From NCBI GenBank assembly GCA_042565725.1, contig JBHORK010000003.1, forward strand, positions 10,000-73,999: 64,000 nt of DNA, given 5' to 3'. Of the stretch, positions 10,824 to 20,205 are shown piece after piece (the first letter of the stretch is position 1; the number at the start of each line of letters is the position of its first letter). The stretch comes from Verrucomicrobiota bacterium. GTDB lineage: Bacteria; Verrucomicrobiota; Kiritimatiellia; UBA8416; JBHORK01. Made by a program: the position numbers and the translations under genes. Below the pieces are notes generated by a model. The model was not told where the DNA came from, searched no databases, and saw only the letters and a list, made by a program, of their open reading frames with translations.

Positions 10824-12191
10824 CTAGCTTTCCCCATTCTGACTCCTGGCTTCTGACTCCTGAATTCTGACTTCTCTCTTAAGCCATTCAAGAAGTTCGC
10901 GTCGATCTTTGAATTGGCCTTCCAATTGAGCGTTGAAAGCTTTCTTATGCAATTTGCCGATTTCCGGCCCCTCCGAAATACCGAGTTGGATAATGTCATT
11001 CCCGTTTATCCAGGGTTTTGGCAGAGGCGGTTCATCACGCAATTGGTTTTTGAATTCCTCAAGGAACCGGTAGTTGCTTAAATCGCCATGGCTGGCAAGG
11101 CAGTCTAAGCGATGGAGTTCCAACTCTACTGAAAACGTTGGTGCGCCGACAAACCTGCGAAGAGTAGAACGTCTCATCTTTTGAACATCCATGAATCTCA
11201 TATGGTTACGGATGCAGTAACTGATCGATTCTGTATCGCTATTTGAAAATTTCAGCCTGCTCAAGATCTTTTTTGAGATTTCAGAACCCATCTCAGAATG
11301 TCCGTTAAATCTGATTCTGTCACCTGCAGTTTCTGTTGCAGTAGGAGGTTTGCCTACATCATGAAGCAATACCGCGTATGCTAGCTGTGGAGAAGGAGAT
11401 GACATTTCATTGAGCATAATGACAGTGTGTTTAAATACGTCACCTTCCGGATGAAATTCCGGTGGTTGTTTCTGGCCTTTCATTTCCGTAACTTCCGGTA
11501 GAATGACCCTGAGAAGCTGAACTTTGTCCAGCAGAACAAGAGCATTGCCGGCCTTCGGGGCCTCTATCAGGATACGCGTAAGTTCTCCTTGTATTCTCTC
11601 TGCGCTGATTCTTGTGATCATTGACGCCGATTTTCTTATTGCATCCTCTGTAGCCGGTTCTAATGAGAAATCAAGTGTTACAGCAAAACGCACAGCTCGA
11701 AGCATCCGTAGATGATCTTCTCGAAAACGATCATCGGGGTTGCCAACACATCGTATGACTTTAGCATCAATATCTTTTTGTCCTTCGACATAGTCATGCA
11801 GTTTATTTGTTATTGGATCTGAAAATAAAGCGTTTATTGTAAAATCACGACGCGTTGCGTCTGTTTCAGGATCTGTAAAAGAAACTTTTTCGGGTCTGCG
11901 TCCGTCTTTATATGCGTGATCTTTCCTGAACGTGGCGATTTCAAAAAACGTGTCTTCGATCGGAGCTCTTACTACTGCAAATGACTGCCCTACGGCAACC
12001 GAGCCTGGAAACAGTTCGATAACCTGCTCGGGTCTGGCGCTGGTTGCTATATCGTAATCCTTGGGATTCTGCCCCATGATAATGTCACGAACACAGCCAC
12101 CGGCCCAGAATGCGGTAAAACCGGCTGATTGCAGCCGCCTGACAGCTTCTACGGCACGTTCATGAAGAGCCTTATTGTTTACGTTATTCAT
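10824..12191 (-). CDS. cca: CCA tRNA nucleotidyltransferase / poly(A) polymerase family, with HD domain
   Basis: AGGCVRD, PKDYDIAT, EIATFR, RRDFTINA, EDHLRMLRAVRF, LLHDVGKP. Confidence 0.92.
   Translation of the reverse strand: MNNVNNKALHERAVEAVRRLQSAGFTAFWAGGCVRDIIMGQNPKDYDIATSARPEQVIELFPGSVAVGQSFAVVRAPIEDTFFEIATFRKDHAYKDGRRPEKVSFTDPETDATRRDFTINALFSDPITNKLHDYVEGQKDIDAKVIRCVGNPDDRFREDHLRMLRAVRFAVTLDFSLEPATEDAIRKSASMITRISAERIQGELTRILIEAPKAGNALVLLDKVQLLRVILPEVTEMKGQKQPPEFHPEGDVFKHTVIMLNEMSSPSPQLAYAVLLHDVGKPPTATETAGDRIRFNGHSEMGSEISKKILSRLKFSNSDTESISYCIRNHMRFMDVQKMRRSTLRRFVGAPTFSVELELHRLDCLASHGDLSNYRFLEEFKNQLRDEPPLPKPWINGNDIIQLGISEGPEIGKLHKKAFNAQLEGQFKDRRELLEWLKREVRIQESEARSQNGES
10836..10878 (-). 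repeat. Heptamer array (GGAGTCA/GAATTCA type) forming the last codons of cca
   Basis: attctgactcctggcttctgactcctgaattctgact; same family as 13409-13445. Confidence 0.75.
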
Positions 12192-12444
12192 CTTAAAAGA
12201 CGGTCGTCATACGGCCTTTCCTTACTCATAACTTTCTGTTTTGTTCGTGCAATATGCATGTTAGCCTGTAGGCTAAAGGCTGTCAGTTTTTCCTGAATGC
12301 TACGGTCTAAAAGTGAGTATGTACAGGACGTTTTTCTTGATGTTGGATGCCTGCAGGCGATGCTTGATAAATCTTCCATCCTTCTGTAAGGTTATCGATC
12401 AGTAGATTTTGACAGGAATGGATTATTCGGCAGAAAAGGAGTTT

Positions 12445-13407
12445 ATGAGAATACTTTCGGGAATACAGCCGTCTGGCAAACTGCATATCGGCAACTATTT
12501 CGGAATGATAAAGCCGGCCCTTGAGCTTCAGGAAAAGGGTGAAGTTTTTCTTTTTATTGCGAATTATCATGCTTTGACTACTGTTGACGATCCCGATCTG
12601 CTCAGGCAAAACACAATTGATATTGCTTTGGATTTTCTGGCGTGTGGTCTTGATCCCGAGCGGGCAATATTTTACCGGCAGAGTGATGTTCCGGAAGTGA
12701 CGGAATTGGCATGGCTGCTTTCGATTGTTACACCCATGGGTCTTCTGGAAAGGTGCCATTCCTACAAGGACAAGCTGGCCAGGGGAATGTCACCTAATCA
12801 TGGACTTTTTGCTTACCCGGTTTTGATGGCCGCGGATATATTGGCATATCAATCCAATATTGTTCCCGTTGGCAAGGATCAGAAACAGCATGTTGAAGTA
12901 ACTCGCGACATAGCTCTTAAGTTTAACAATCGATTTGGTGAAATCTTTACGATTCCAGATTCGTCAATACTGGATTCTGTTGCGGTTGTTCCGGGTGTTG
13001 ACGGGCAAAAAATGTCTAAGTCCTACAATAACCATCTTGAGATTTTTGGCGATGAGAAGGAAACACGTGCGAAAATAATGCGTATTGTTACCGACAGCAA
13101 AACTCTTGAGGACGCGAAAGATCCCGAGAGATGTAACATTTTTGCCCTTTATCGATTGTTTGCGTCAAAAGAAGAGATTGTCAGGATGACGGATCTTTAT
13201 AAATCCGGCGGGTATGGTTACGGAGACGCAAAGAAGGCTTTGTTCGAGCTGATGTGGAACTATTTTGAGCCGTACAGAAAAAAACGGGAAGAACTTGCTA
13301 ATGATCAAAGTTATGTCGAGTCTGTTCTGGAAAAAGGCGCCGAGCGGGCGGCTTCTGAAGCAGGCAAGACTTTGAGTGCGGCACGACGCGCTATGGGGAT
13401 AGATTAG
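12445..13407 (+). CDS. trpS: Tryptophanyl-tRNA synthetase
   Basis: RILSGIQPSGKLHIGNY, YPVLMAADIL, VPVGKDQKQH, KMSKS; AAGGAG before ATG 12445. Confidence 0.98.
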   Translation: MRILSGIQPSGKLHIGNYFGMIKPALELQEKGEVFLFIANYHALTTVDDPDLLRQNTIDIALDFLACGLDPERAIFYRQSDVPEVTELAWLLSIVTPMGLLERCHSYKDKLARGMSPNHGLFAYPVLMAADILAYQSNIVPVGKDQKQHVEVTRDIALKFNNRFGEIFTIPDSSILDSVAVVPGVDGQKMSKSYNNHLEIFGDEKETRAKIMRIVTDSKTLEDAKDPERCNIFALYRLFASKEEIVRMTDLYKSGGYGYGDAKKALFELMWNYFEPYRKKREELANDQSYVESVLEKGAERAASEAGKTLSAARRAMGID

Positions 13408-13408
13408 A

Positions 13409-13445
13409 ATAGAAGACAGAATTCAGGAGTCAGAATTCAGAAGTA
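13409..13445 (+). repeat. Heptamer array downstream of trpS
   Basis: gaagacagaattcaggagtcagaattcagaag. Confidence 0.7.
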
Positions 13446-13483
13446 AATCAAATAAATAATTAATAACTGACAACCAGAGCATT

Positions 13484-14224
13484 ATGAATACACAGGAAGA
13501 ATATAAAGTTGAACTTGAAGTTTTTGAAGGGCCGCTCGATCTTCTCCTTTATCTGATTAAAAGGGAAGAAATTGATATCTACAATATACCCATCGAGAAG
13601 ATTACAACTCAATATATGGAATATCTGAGTCTGATGCGTATGTTGGACTTGAACATTGCAGGAGAATTTATCGTAATGGCGGCTACTTTGATGATGATAA
13701 AAAGCCGCATGCTTTTGCCTGAGGACGAACGGCCCGAATTGGAAGCAGAAGAAGACGATCCGCGATGGGATTTGGTCAGGCAACTTGTGGAATACAAAAA
13801 GTTCAAGGATGCCGCGGGCCACCTTGAGGAGAGGGAGATTCTGCAGGAGAATATCTTTGGGATTGGTGCTGATGGCGTAGTTCTGGAGCAGGATGAGCCG
13901 GGTGTTGTGTTGCAGGATATCAGTCTTTTTGATCTTATTTCCGCTTTCAAAGATGTGCTTTCCAACTCAAAACCGGAAGAAATAGGTGAGATCTTTGCGG
14001 AACAATTTACTGTTGCTGATAAAATAGACGCCATTCTGCATATTGTTGCAGAAAAAGATAAGCTTGCATTTGCGAGCCTTTTTGGCGATATGGCCTCACG
14101 ACATGAGATAACCTGTACTTTTCTGGCATTGCTTGAGCTTATCAGACTGCGACAGGTAAGTGTACGGCAGGAGAAGCAGTTCGGGGAAATAGTTATTTCA
14201 GCGGTTGAAGAAATTACAGTTTAG
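13484..14224 (+). CDS. scpA: Segregation and condensation protein A
   Basis: FEGPLDLLLYLI, EFIVMAATLMMIKSRMLLP, TFLALLELIR. Confidence 0.97.
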   Translation: MNTQEEYKVELEVFEGPLDLLLYLIKREEIDIYNIPIEKITTQYMEYLSLMRMLDLNIAGEFIVMAATLMMIKSRMLLPEDERPELEAEEDDPRWDLVRQLVEYKKFKDAAGHLEEREILQENIFGIGADGVVLEQDEPGVVLQDISLFDLISAFKDVLSNSKPEEIGEIFAEQFTVADKIDAILHIVAEKDKLAFASLFGDMASRHEITCTFLALLELIRLRQVSVRQEKQFGEIVISAVEEITV

Positions 14225-14385
14225 CCTGATCTATTCATCAACTTTTTGGGTTGATGAATAGATCACTCTGGTGCAACATGTTGCACCAGAGACGTGATGC
14301 TAAACGCTTTGCATTTTGCAAACGTGGCTTAACCCCGTTTATTTGCAGCAAAGCTGCAAATATCACGGCTTTCGCCTAAGGCGAA
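14223..14385. other. Multi-hairpin palindromic element between scpA and scpB
   Basis: 16-bp stem 14227-14265, perfect 26-bp palindrome 14266-14291, hairpins at 14341-14361 and 14371-14385, cgtgat/atcacg closing pair. Confidence 0.75.
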
Positions 14386-14438
14386 CCTGAATTATTCATG
14401 CTTGCATGAATAATTCAGGTTTAGGAGAGGATTGAATA

Positions 14439-15128
14439 ATGTCAACAATTGGTACGGTTCCTGAATTGAAGCAGATCCTTGGCGCATTGATTTTTGGCGC
14501 TGAGCGCCCTTTAACAATAAAGGAAATGCGGAAGTGTCTGGTGGAGGTTGCGGAAATATATAAAGCGGAAACTGCAGCATTTGCCAAAGTGCGGGATAGC
14601 GATATTGAATCTGCAATAAATGATTTAAAGACGGATTTAGAGAAAATGCATGTAGGCTTTATTCTAGCCCATGTGGCAGGCGGTTATAAGATACAAAGCG
14701 ATGTTTCATGCGGGAAATGGCTTAAACATTTCCTGAATGCCAGATCCAACAGGCTCTCAAAACCAGCTCTGGAAACACTGGCAATTATCGCATACCGTCA
14801 ACCAATATCAAGGGCGGAGATAGAGGCTGTTCGAGGCGTGAATGTGGATTATGTGATCAGAAAGCTTATGGAAATACAGCTTATAAAGATAACAGGTCGA
14901 AGTAGTTTACCGGGCAGGCCGTTTCTTTACGGAACCACTCACGTCTTTTTTGAACATTTTGGATTGAAAGATATTAGTGAATTAAATGCATTAGAGCCGG
15001 CCTTGGCTATGCGACTGGGCAATGAAAGAAAGACCACACAATATCCTGAAGAAGGGCATGAATCATCTAATGACGAGGAAAATGCCGAAACAAACAATGA
15101 GGCTGAGGAACAAGATAATGAGTCTTGA
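14439..15128 (+). CDS. scpB: SMC-Scp complex subunit ScpB
   Basis: LSKPALETLAIIAYRQPISRAEIEAVRGV, GRPFLYGTT..F.EHFGL. Confidence 0.97.
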   Translation: MSTIGTVPELKQILGALIFGAERPLTIKEMRKCLVEVAEIYKAETAAFAKVRDSDIESAINDLKTDLEKMHVGFILAHVAGGYKIQSDVSCGKWLKHFLNARSNRLSKPALETLAIIAYRQPISRAEIEAVRGVNVDYVIRKLMEIQLIKITGRSSLPGRPFLYGTTHVFFEHFGLKDISELNALEPALAMRLGNERKTTQYPEEGHESSNDEENAETNNEAEEQDNES

Positions 15129-15393
15129 CGAATTAAGGTGCGAAATAGATAAAATCGATGAGAAGCTTGTGAGTTTGCTGAATCAGCGGGCTCACTGCGC
15201 ATCTGAAATAGGTAAAAAAAAGAATGATGCAGATATGCCGGTGCATGATCGTGTCAGGGAAGAGGAAGTTTTGGCTCGAGTTAAGAGTCTGAATACAGGC
15301 CCTGTCAACGATGGGAATATTGAATCGATTTACCGGCAGATCATCTCAGCATGTCTTGAGGTTCAAAATGACAAACTTTCCTCAGACGGCTAA
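15118..15393 (+). CDS. Monofunctional chorismate mutase (AroQ type)
   Basis: MSLDELRCEIDKIDEKLVSLLNQR, REEEVL; located in an aromatic amino acid cluster. Confidence 0.9.
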   Translation: MSLDELRCEIDKIDEKLVSLLNQRAHCASEIGKKKNDADMPVHDRVREEEVLARVKSLNTGPVNDGNIESIYRQIISACLEVQNDKLSSDG

Positions 15394-16492
15394 TTCGTGG
15401 GTTGGCGGACTTGCCACGTATGAGCCGGGCCGTCCCATAGAAGAAGTGGCGCGCGAACTGGGATTTGAGAGTGCCGGTGAGATTATTAAACTTGCCTCAA
15501 ACGAGAATGCTCTTGGGCCGTCTCCTATGGCAGTTGAAGCTATCAGAAAACATGCTGCAGAAATGCACCGGTATCCTGATGGGGGAGCTTATTATCTGAA
15601 ACGGAAACTGGCCGAGAGACTTGATGTCAAACCGGAGCAATTGCTGCCTGCTAATGGAAGTAATGAGATTATTGAGCTCATGGCGCATGTTTTTCTGGGA
15701 CCGGACAATGGAATTGTTGTGGCTGATCAAGCCTTTGTCGTATATAGATTAATAGCAGAGTGTTTTCAGGCTGAAATTGTTTCGGTTCCTATGAAAAGAT
15801 TTACCCATGATCTTTCCGCTATGCTTGAGGCGATTAAGCCCAACTCCAGGATTGTTTTTATCAGTAATCCTAATAATCCAACAAGTACGATGGTGGGAGA
15901 ACAGGAAATAAATGATTTTATGAGCAAAGTTTCCGATGATATAATTGTGTGTTTTGATGAAGCTTACATTGAGCTTTTGCCTCCTGCTCAACAGCCGGAC
16001 ACTTTGAAGTTTGTTAAAGAAGGTCGTAATGTTGTTATTCTTCGAACATTCTCGAAGACATACGGTCTGGCCGGTTTGCGGATTGGCTACGCCGTTGCGG
16101 CAGAACCGTGCATATCATTGCTTAACAAAGTTCGTCAGCCTTTCAATGTCAATTCCATGGCTATGACTGCGGCAATAGCCGCTTTGGATGATGATAGTCA
16201 TGTAGGAAAAACACGTGAAATGGTGCAGGCGGGGCTTGCGTATCTACAGGGTGAATTCGAGGGAATGGGGCTTAATTTTGTGCCTGCTGTAGCCAATTTT
16301 CTTCTTGTTGAAGTTGGTTCAGGCCCTTCGGATCCCCTCAGGACAGGCAGGAAAGTGTTTGAAACCCTGCAAAAGGAAGGGATAATAGTAAGACCCATGG
16401 ATGTATATGGCTTGCCGGGGTTTATACGTGTAACGGTAGGGACGGAAGAGGAAAATACACGCTTTATTAAGGCTTTTAAAGCTCTGATTTAA
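15368..16492 (+). CDS. hisC: Histidinol-phosphate/aromatic aminotransferase
   Basis: YEPGRPIEEV, KLASNEN, NPNNPT, DEAY, RTFSKTYGLAGLRIGY. Confidence 0.95.
   Translation: MTNFPQTANSWVGGLATYEPGRPIEEVARELGFESAGEIIKLASNENALGPSPMAVEAIRKHAAEMHRYPDGGAYYLKRKLAERLDVKPEQLLPANGSNEIIELMAHVFLGPDNGIVVADQAFVVYRLIAECFQAEIVSVPMKRFTHDLSAMLEAIKPNSRIVFISNPNNPTSTMVGEQEINDFMSKVSDDIIVCFDEAYIELLPPAQQPDTLKFVKEGRNVVILRTFSKTYGLAGLRIGYAVAAEPCISLLNKVRQPFNVNSMAMTAAIAALDDDSHVGKTREMVQAGLAYLQGEFEGMGLNFVPAVANFLLVEVGSGPSDPLRTGRKVFETLQKEGIIVRPMDVYGLPGFIRVTVGTEEENTRFIKAFKALI
16324..16347 (-). mobile_element. 24-bp CCTG-type micro-element inserted in frame in hisC
   Basis: cccttcggatcccctcaggacagg adds PSDPLRTG between VEVGSG and RKVFE. 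Confidence 0.6.
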
Positions 16493-16520
16493 TAGTAGGC
16501 AATGGAAACAGCATAGCTGT

Positions 16521-16715
16521 TAAGCATAATTCGGAAATTGAACACTCAACATCCAACAAGGAATTTCCAATGTCCAAGTTTCGGAATTATTAGAGATTCA
16601 CTTTTTGGTTCTATTCATTTTCAAACATAGATTAAACGATTTTTGAAGGCTGTTTCTTACTCATTCATAATTGGATATTCCTTGTTGGATATTGGATATT
16701 CATATAAATTGCTTA
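16521..16715. repeat. Inverted-arm element, CCAACAAGGAAT family, copy 1
   Basis: Left arm tgaacactcaacatccaacaaggaatttccaatgtccaa, right arm ttggatattccttgttggatattggatattca. Confidence 0.85.
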
Positions 16716-16769
16716 TGCAGAATTGTTGGATTCATTTAGTTAAACCTTTGAGAGCTTAGAAACTGACAT

Positions 16770-17615
16770 ATGAAAAGACTTGCTATAATAGGTTTAGGAC
16801 TTATGGGTGGCTCTTTGGGGCTTGCCGTGAAAAAGAAAGGACTCGCCGAATCGGTATGCGGCTATGCCCGTCGTGAGGAAAACAGACGTGATGCCCTTAA
16901 GCAAGGTGTAGTTGATAGCGTTTGTGATCGGCCCGAAGATGCTGTTAAGGACGCGGATCTTGTCATATTCTGCGTTCCTGTGCTGGTTATTCCGGAATTG
17001 GTAAAGATTTGTAAGTCAAGTCTGATGGATAAATGTGTTGTAACCGATGTCGGCAGTACCAAAGCACATGTTGTTTCGGAGGTCTCAGCTTTGCTTGGGG
17101 ATAGTGCCGCTGAATTTATTGGGAGTCATCCCATGGCGGGTTCGGACCAAAATGGTTTGGATGCTGCAAGAATGGATTTGTACAATGATGCTATGGTGGT
17201 CATAACACCCAGTGGTTCTGTTGACGCAGAAACTGTAACGAAAGTAAAAGAGTTCTGGCAGTCTTTAGGCGCAGAGGTGGTCTCGATGGATCCAGAGAAG
17301 CATGACAGTATTATTGCAAGGACCAGCCATTTGCCTCACCTTGTTGCATCCATGCTTGTCAGCAACCTTGTCCGGGATAATGATCAGGAGATATGCAGGT
17401 TCTGTGGGTCTGGTTTCAGGGATACGACACGCATAGCCGGAGGATCAGAGGACATATGGCATGATATCGTGAAGACCAATAAGTTTTCCGTGGGTAGAGA
17501 GCTGGAAGAACTGGGGAAAATATTAAAACGTGTAAAAGCTATGATTGATAAAGATGATTTTGACGGGGTGCGTCGTTTTCTCGCTGAATGCCGTCACGTC
17601 CGTCGCGGATTGTAG
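16770..17615 (+). CDS. tyrA: Prephenate/arogenate dehydrogenase
   Basis: IIGLGLMGGSLG, TDVGSTK, GSHPMAGS, SHLPH, GSGFRDTTRIA. Confidence 0.95.
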   Translation: MKRLAIIGLGLMGGSLGLAVKKKGLAESVCGYARREENRRDALKQGVVDSVCDRPEDAVKDADLVIFCVPVLVIPELVKICKSSLMDKCVVTDVGSTKAHVVSEVSALLGDSAAEFIGSHPMAGSDQNGLDAARMDLYNDAMVVITPSGSVDAETVTKVKEFWQSLGAEVVSMDPEKHDSIIARTSHLPHLVASMLVSNLVRDNDQEICRFCGSGFRDTTRIAGGSEDIWHDIVKTNKFSVGRELEELGKILKRVKAMIDKDDFDGVRRFLAECRHVRRGL

Positions 17616-17695
17616 CATCCAATAGGATGCAGCCTATAGCCTGAACCGCTATAGTCTTTGCGTTCCTATGGGACGCTATTGTAAGAATATAAATT

Positions 17696-19036
17696 GTGAC
17701 TATTGATGATTCCAAAATTATTCGACCGTTTTCTTCCGAGCTTTGTGGGACTGTGCGGGTTCCGGGTGACAAGAGTATATCTCATCGGGCCGTCATGCTC
17801 TCAGCCGTCGCTTCGGGTGAATCTCTGATAGATAATTTCCTGCTGAGCGAGGACTGTCTTGACACACTTCATGCGGTAGAAAGCTTGGGCGTGTCTGTGT
17901 CCAGGGAGGACGTTAGAGTTAGGGTTAAAGGCTTGGGTGGCAAGTTAAGCGCGTCTGGCAGACAGCTTGATTTGGGTAATTCGGGTACGGGAATGCGTCT
18001 TCTAGCCGGATTGCTTGCCGGACAGAAATTCTCATGCGAAATGATGGGAGATGCTTCATTGTTGTCGCGCCCCATGCGGAGAATCAAAGAGCCTCTTGAG
18101 TTGATGGGTGCTAAGGTTGAACTGCTGGGCAGCCGCGAATGTGCGCCAATGCGGATAACCGGTGCAGATTTAGAGGGGATAGAATATAAATTGCCTGTGG
18201 CATCCGCCCAGGTTAAATCGTGTGTGCTTCTGGCAGGCCTTTTTGCGGAAGGCCAAACAACAATTGTTGAACCTGCTCCTTCTCGCGATCATACTGAAAG
18301 AATGCTTCGCGCTATGAATGCGGATATCGAAGTAGATGGACCCACTATTCGCTTGAAAGGTTCAGGGGGTAATCCTCTTTCTCTTAAGGCGGAAGAATGG
18401 ATTATTCCCGGCGATTTTTCTTCCGCAGCTTTCTGGATTACCGCGGCAGCGTGCAGGGAAGGTTCTGAGATAATAGTGGAGAATGTAGGACTTAACCCAA
18501 GGAGAATCGCGTTTCTTGGTGTTTTAGAGAGAATGGGGGCGGATATAGAAGCGATTGCGGATTGCGGATTGCGGAACGCGGAGTGGGAGCCGGTTGGAAA
18601 TATTACGGTGAAAGGGCGAAAGTTGAAAGGGACGGAGATCGGCGGGGAGGAGATACCCAATCTGATTGATGAGTTGCCGTTAGTTGCTGTTGCAGGAATA
18701 TTGGCTGAAGGAAAAACTGTTATTCGGGACGCGGCTGAACTGCGTGTCAAGGAGTCGGACAGAATTGCGACAATGGCCGCAGGTCTCTCGGCTCTTGGAG
18801 TCAAAGTTGAAGAAACCCCTGATGGAATGATAATTGAAGGAGGACAGGAAATCGCTGGTGATGCTCAGGTCGACAGTTGCGGAGATCACCGCATTGCAAT
18901 GGCGCTGGCAGTGCTGGCTCTCTTTGCGGTTGGACCAGTGCGGATTATGCGCACTGACTGTGTTGCAACGTCTTATCCGGGGTTCTGGGAAGAAATGAAG
19001 AAAATGATGAACGGAAGTCAGAGAGCTGAAAACTGA
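17696..19036 (+). CDS. aroA: 3-phosphoshikimate 1-carboxyvinyltransferase (class II EPSPS)
   Basis: PGDKSISHRA, GNSGTGMRL, SAQVKS, RDHTERML, IDELP, ELRVKESDR, DHRIAM. Confidence 0.98.
   Translation: MTIDDSKIIRPFSSELCGTVRVPGDKSISHRAVMLSAVASGESLIDNFLLSEDCLDTLHAVESLGVSVSREDVRVRVKGLGGKLSASGRQLDLGNSGTGMRLLAGLLAGQKFSCEMMGDASLLSRPMRRIKEPLELMGAKVELLGSRECAPMRITGADLEGIEYKLPVASAQVKSCVLLAGLFAEGQTTIVEPAPSRDHTERMLRAMNADIEVDGPTIRLKGSGGNPLSLKAEEWIIPGDFSSAAFWITAAACREGSEIIVENVGLNPRRIAFLGVLERMGADIEAIADCGLRNAEWEPVGNITVKGRKLKGTEIGGEEIPNLIDELPLVAVAGILAEGKTVIRDAAELRVKESDRIATMAAGLSALGVKVEETPDGMIIEGGQEIAGDAQVDSCGDHRIAMALAVLALFAVGPVRIMRTDCVATSYPGFWEEMKKMMNGSQRAEN
18553..18587 (+). repeat. In-frame GATTGCG heptamer array inside aroA
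   Basis: gattgcggattgcggattgcggaacgcggagtggg encodes IADCGLRNAEW. Confidence 0.85.
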
Positions 19037-19049
19037 ACGCTGAAACCTG

Positions 19050-19079
19050 CTTGTCCGCCATAGCCTTGGCGTTGGCGGG
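19050..19079 (+). mobile_element. CTTG-hairpin micro-element nested in a heptamer array at the aroA 3' end
   Basis: aaacctg|cttgtccgccatagccttggcgttggcggg|aaaccta. Confidence 0.7.
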
Positions 19080-19088
19080 AAACCTATT

Positions 19089-19757
19089 ATGTCTAATACT
19101 GTCATAACAATCGATGGCCCTTCCGCATCTGGGAAGTCGACAATCGCGCGGTGTGTTGCTGAGGAAAAGAAGGGCCTTATATACGTCGATTCAGGTTCAT
19201 TGTATCGTGGTGTTGCCTGGAAAGCATTGCATGAGCAAATTGATGCTGATGATATAGATGGCTTGACTAAATTATTGGACAATCTTGAAATTGAATTTTT
19301 TATAAATAATTGCGCTGTACAATTCCGGATTGATGGAAAGGAGTTGCGTGAAGAGCTCAGGACTGAGGCAGTTAATGAGGTTGTAAGTCCAATATCGGCC
19401 GTACCGGTGGTACGGTCTCGTGTGGTCTCGTGGTTGAGAGATATGATTCGTTTTGGTGATCTTGTTATGGAAGGCAGGGATATTGGTACGGCAGTTTTTC
19501 CTGAATCTAAGTTCAAGTTCTTTCTTGACGCTGATCCTGCAGAACGAGCCCGGCGGCGTTATACGGAAATGGCTCAGAGTGAAGATCAGGCAAGTATAGG
19601 TAAGGTAGAGGAATCTCTTAAACGCCGTGATATGATTGACAGTAATCGAGACATGGATCCTCTGAGAGTTCCGCCTGGTGCGGTAGTCGTTAATTCAACA
19701 TCAATGACAATTGACGAAGTTGTGAATTTTATAATAAAGAATATAGAGATGGTTTGA
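19089..19757 (+). CDS. cmk: Cytidylate kinase
   Basis: ITIDGPSASGKST, DSGSLYR, VMEGRDIGTAVFP, RD..DS.R..DPL. Confidence 0.97.
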   Translation: MSNTVITIDGPSASGKSTIARCVAEEKKGLIYVDSGSLYRGVAWKALHEQIDADDIDGLTKLLDNLEIEFFINNCAVQFRIDGKELREELRTEAVNEVVSPISAVPVVRSRVVSWLRDMIRFGDLVMEGRDIGTAVFPESKFKFFLDADPAERARRRYTEMAQSEDQASIGKVEESLKRRDMIDSNRDMDPLRVPPGAVVVNSTSMTIDEVVNFIIKNIEMV

Positions 19758-19784
19758 TAACATAGGGTTATATGAGGAATTTGC

Positions 19785-19990
19785 CCTGTAAACGGTTTTC
19801 GGTTGGGGTTGCGCGGCTGGAAACGTCATACCTGCCCGCAGTGCTACAGCGTTGCAGGCGGGCGGTTGAGGTTGCGTATTATAAAGGTTACAAGTTACAA
19901 GGGTTACAGAGGTTACAAGCAGGAAAAGAGATTACGCAACCGTTTGACGATAACCGATTCGAGCGGCGCAACCGATCAACGATGACCGTA
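19785..19990. repeat. Stack of short-repeat remnants including a CCTG hairpin (19831-19862) and a GGTTACA array (19885-19919)
   Basis: cctgcccgcagtgctacagcgttgcaggcggg; aggttacaagttacaagggttacagaggttacaag. Confidence 0.65.
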
Positions 19991-20205
19991 TTTGCCGGGG
20001 TAAATAGTTTTTTTATGTTTTTATTATTAATCGATTCAACAAAGTAAATAGATCCATATGTCTTCTGACACAATAATTGGCAGTATCATAGTAGTTGGAT
20101 CGCTTGTGCTTATTACAAGCCTCATAATATGGAGCCGCCGCACAATCAACAGGATAGCGAGCAGGGATCTTCGCTCTGCGCGCGAGATAGTGCAAGAGTT
20201 GAATA

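Noticed and set aside
19772-20047. Short ORFs such as YKGYKLQGLQRLQ, and similar ones at 10421, 41716, 46017, 53082 and 59559
   Set aside because: They are translations of repeat arrays with no independent coding evidence.
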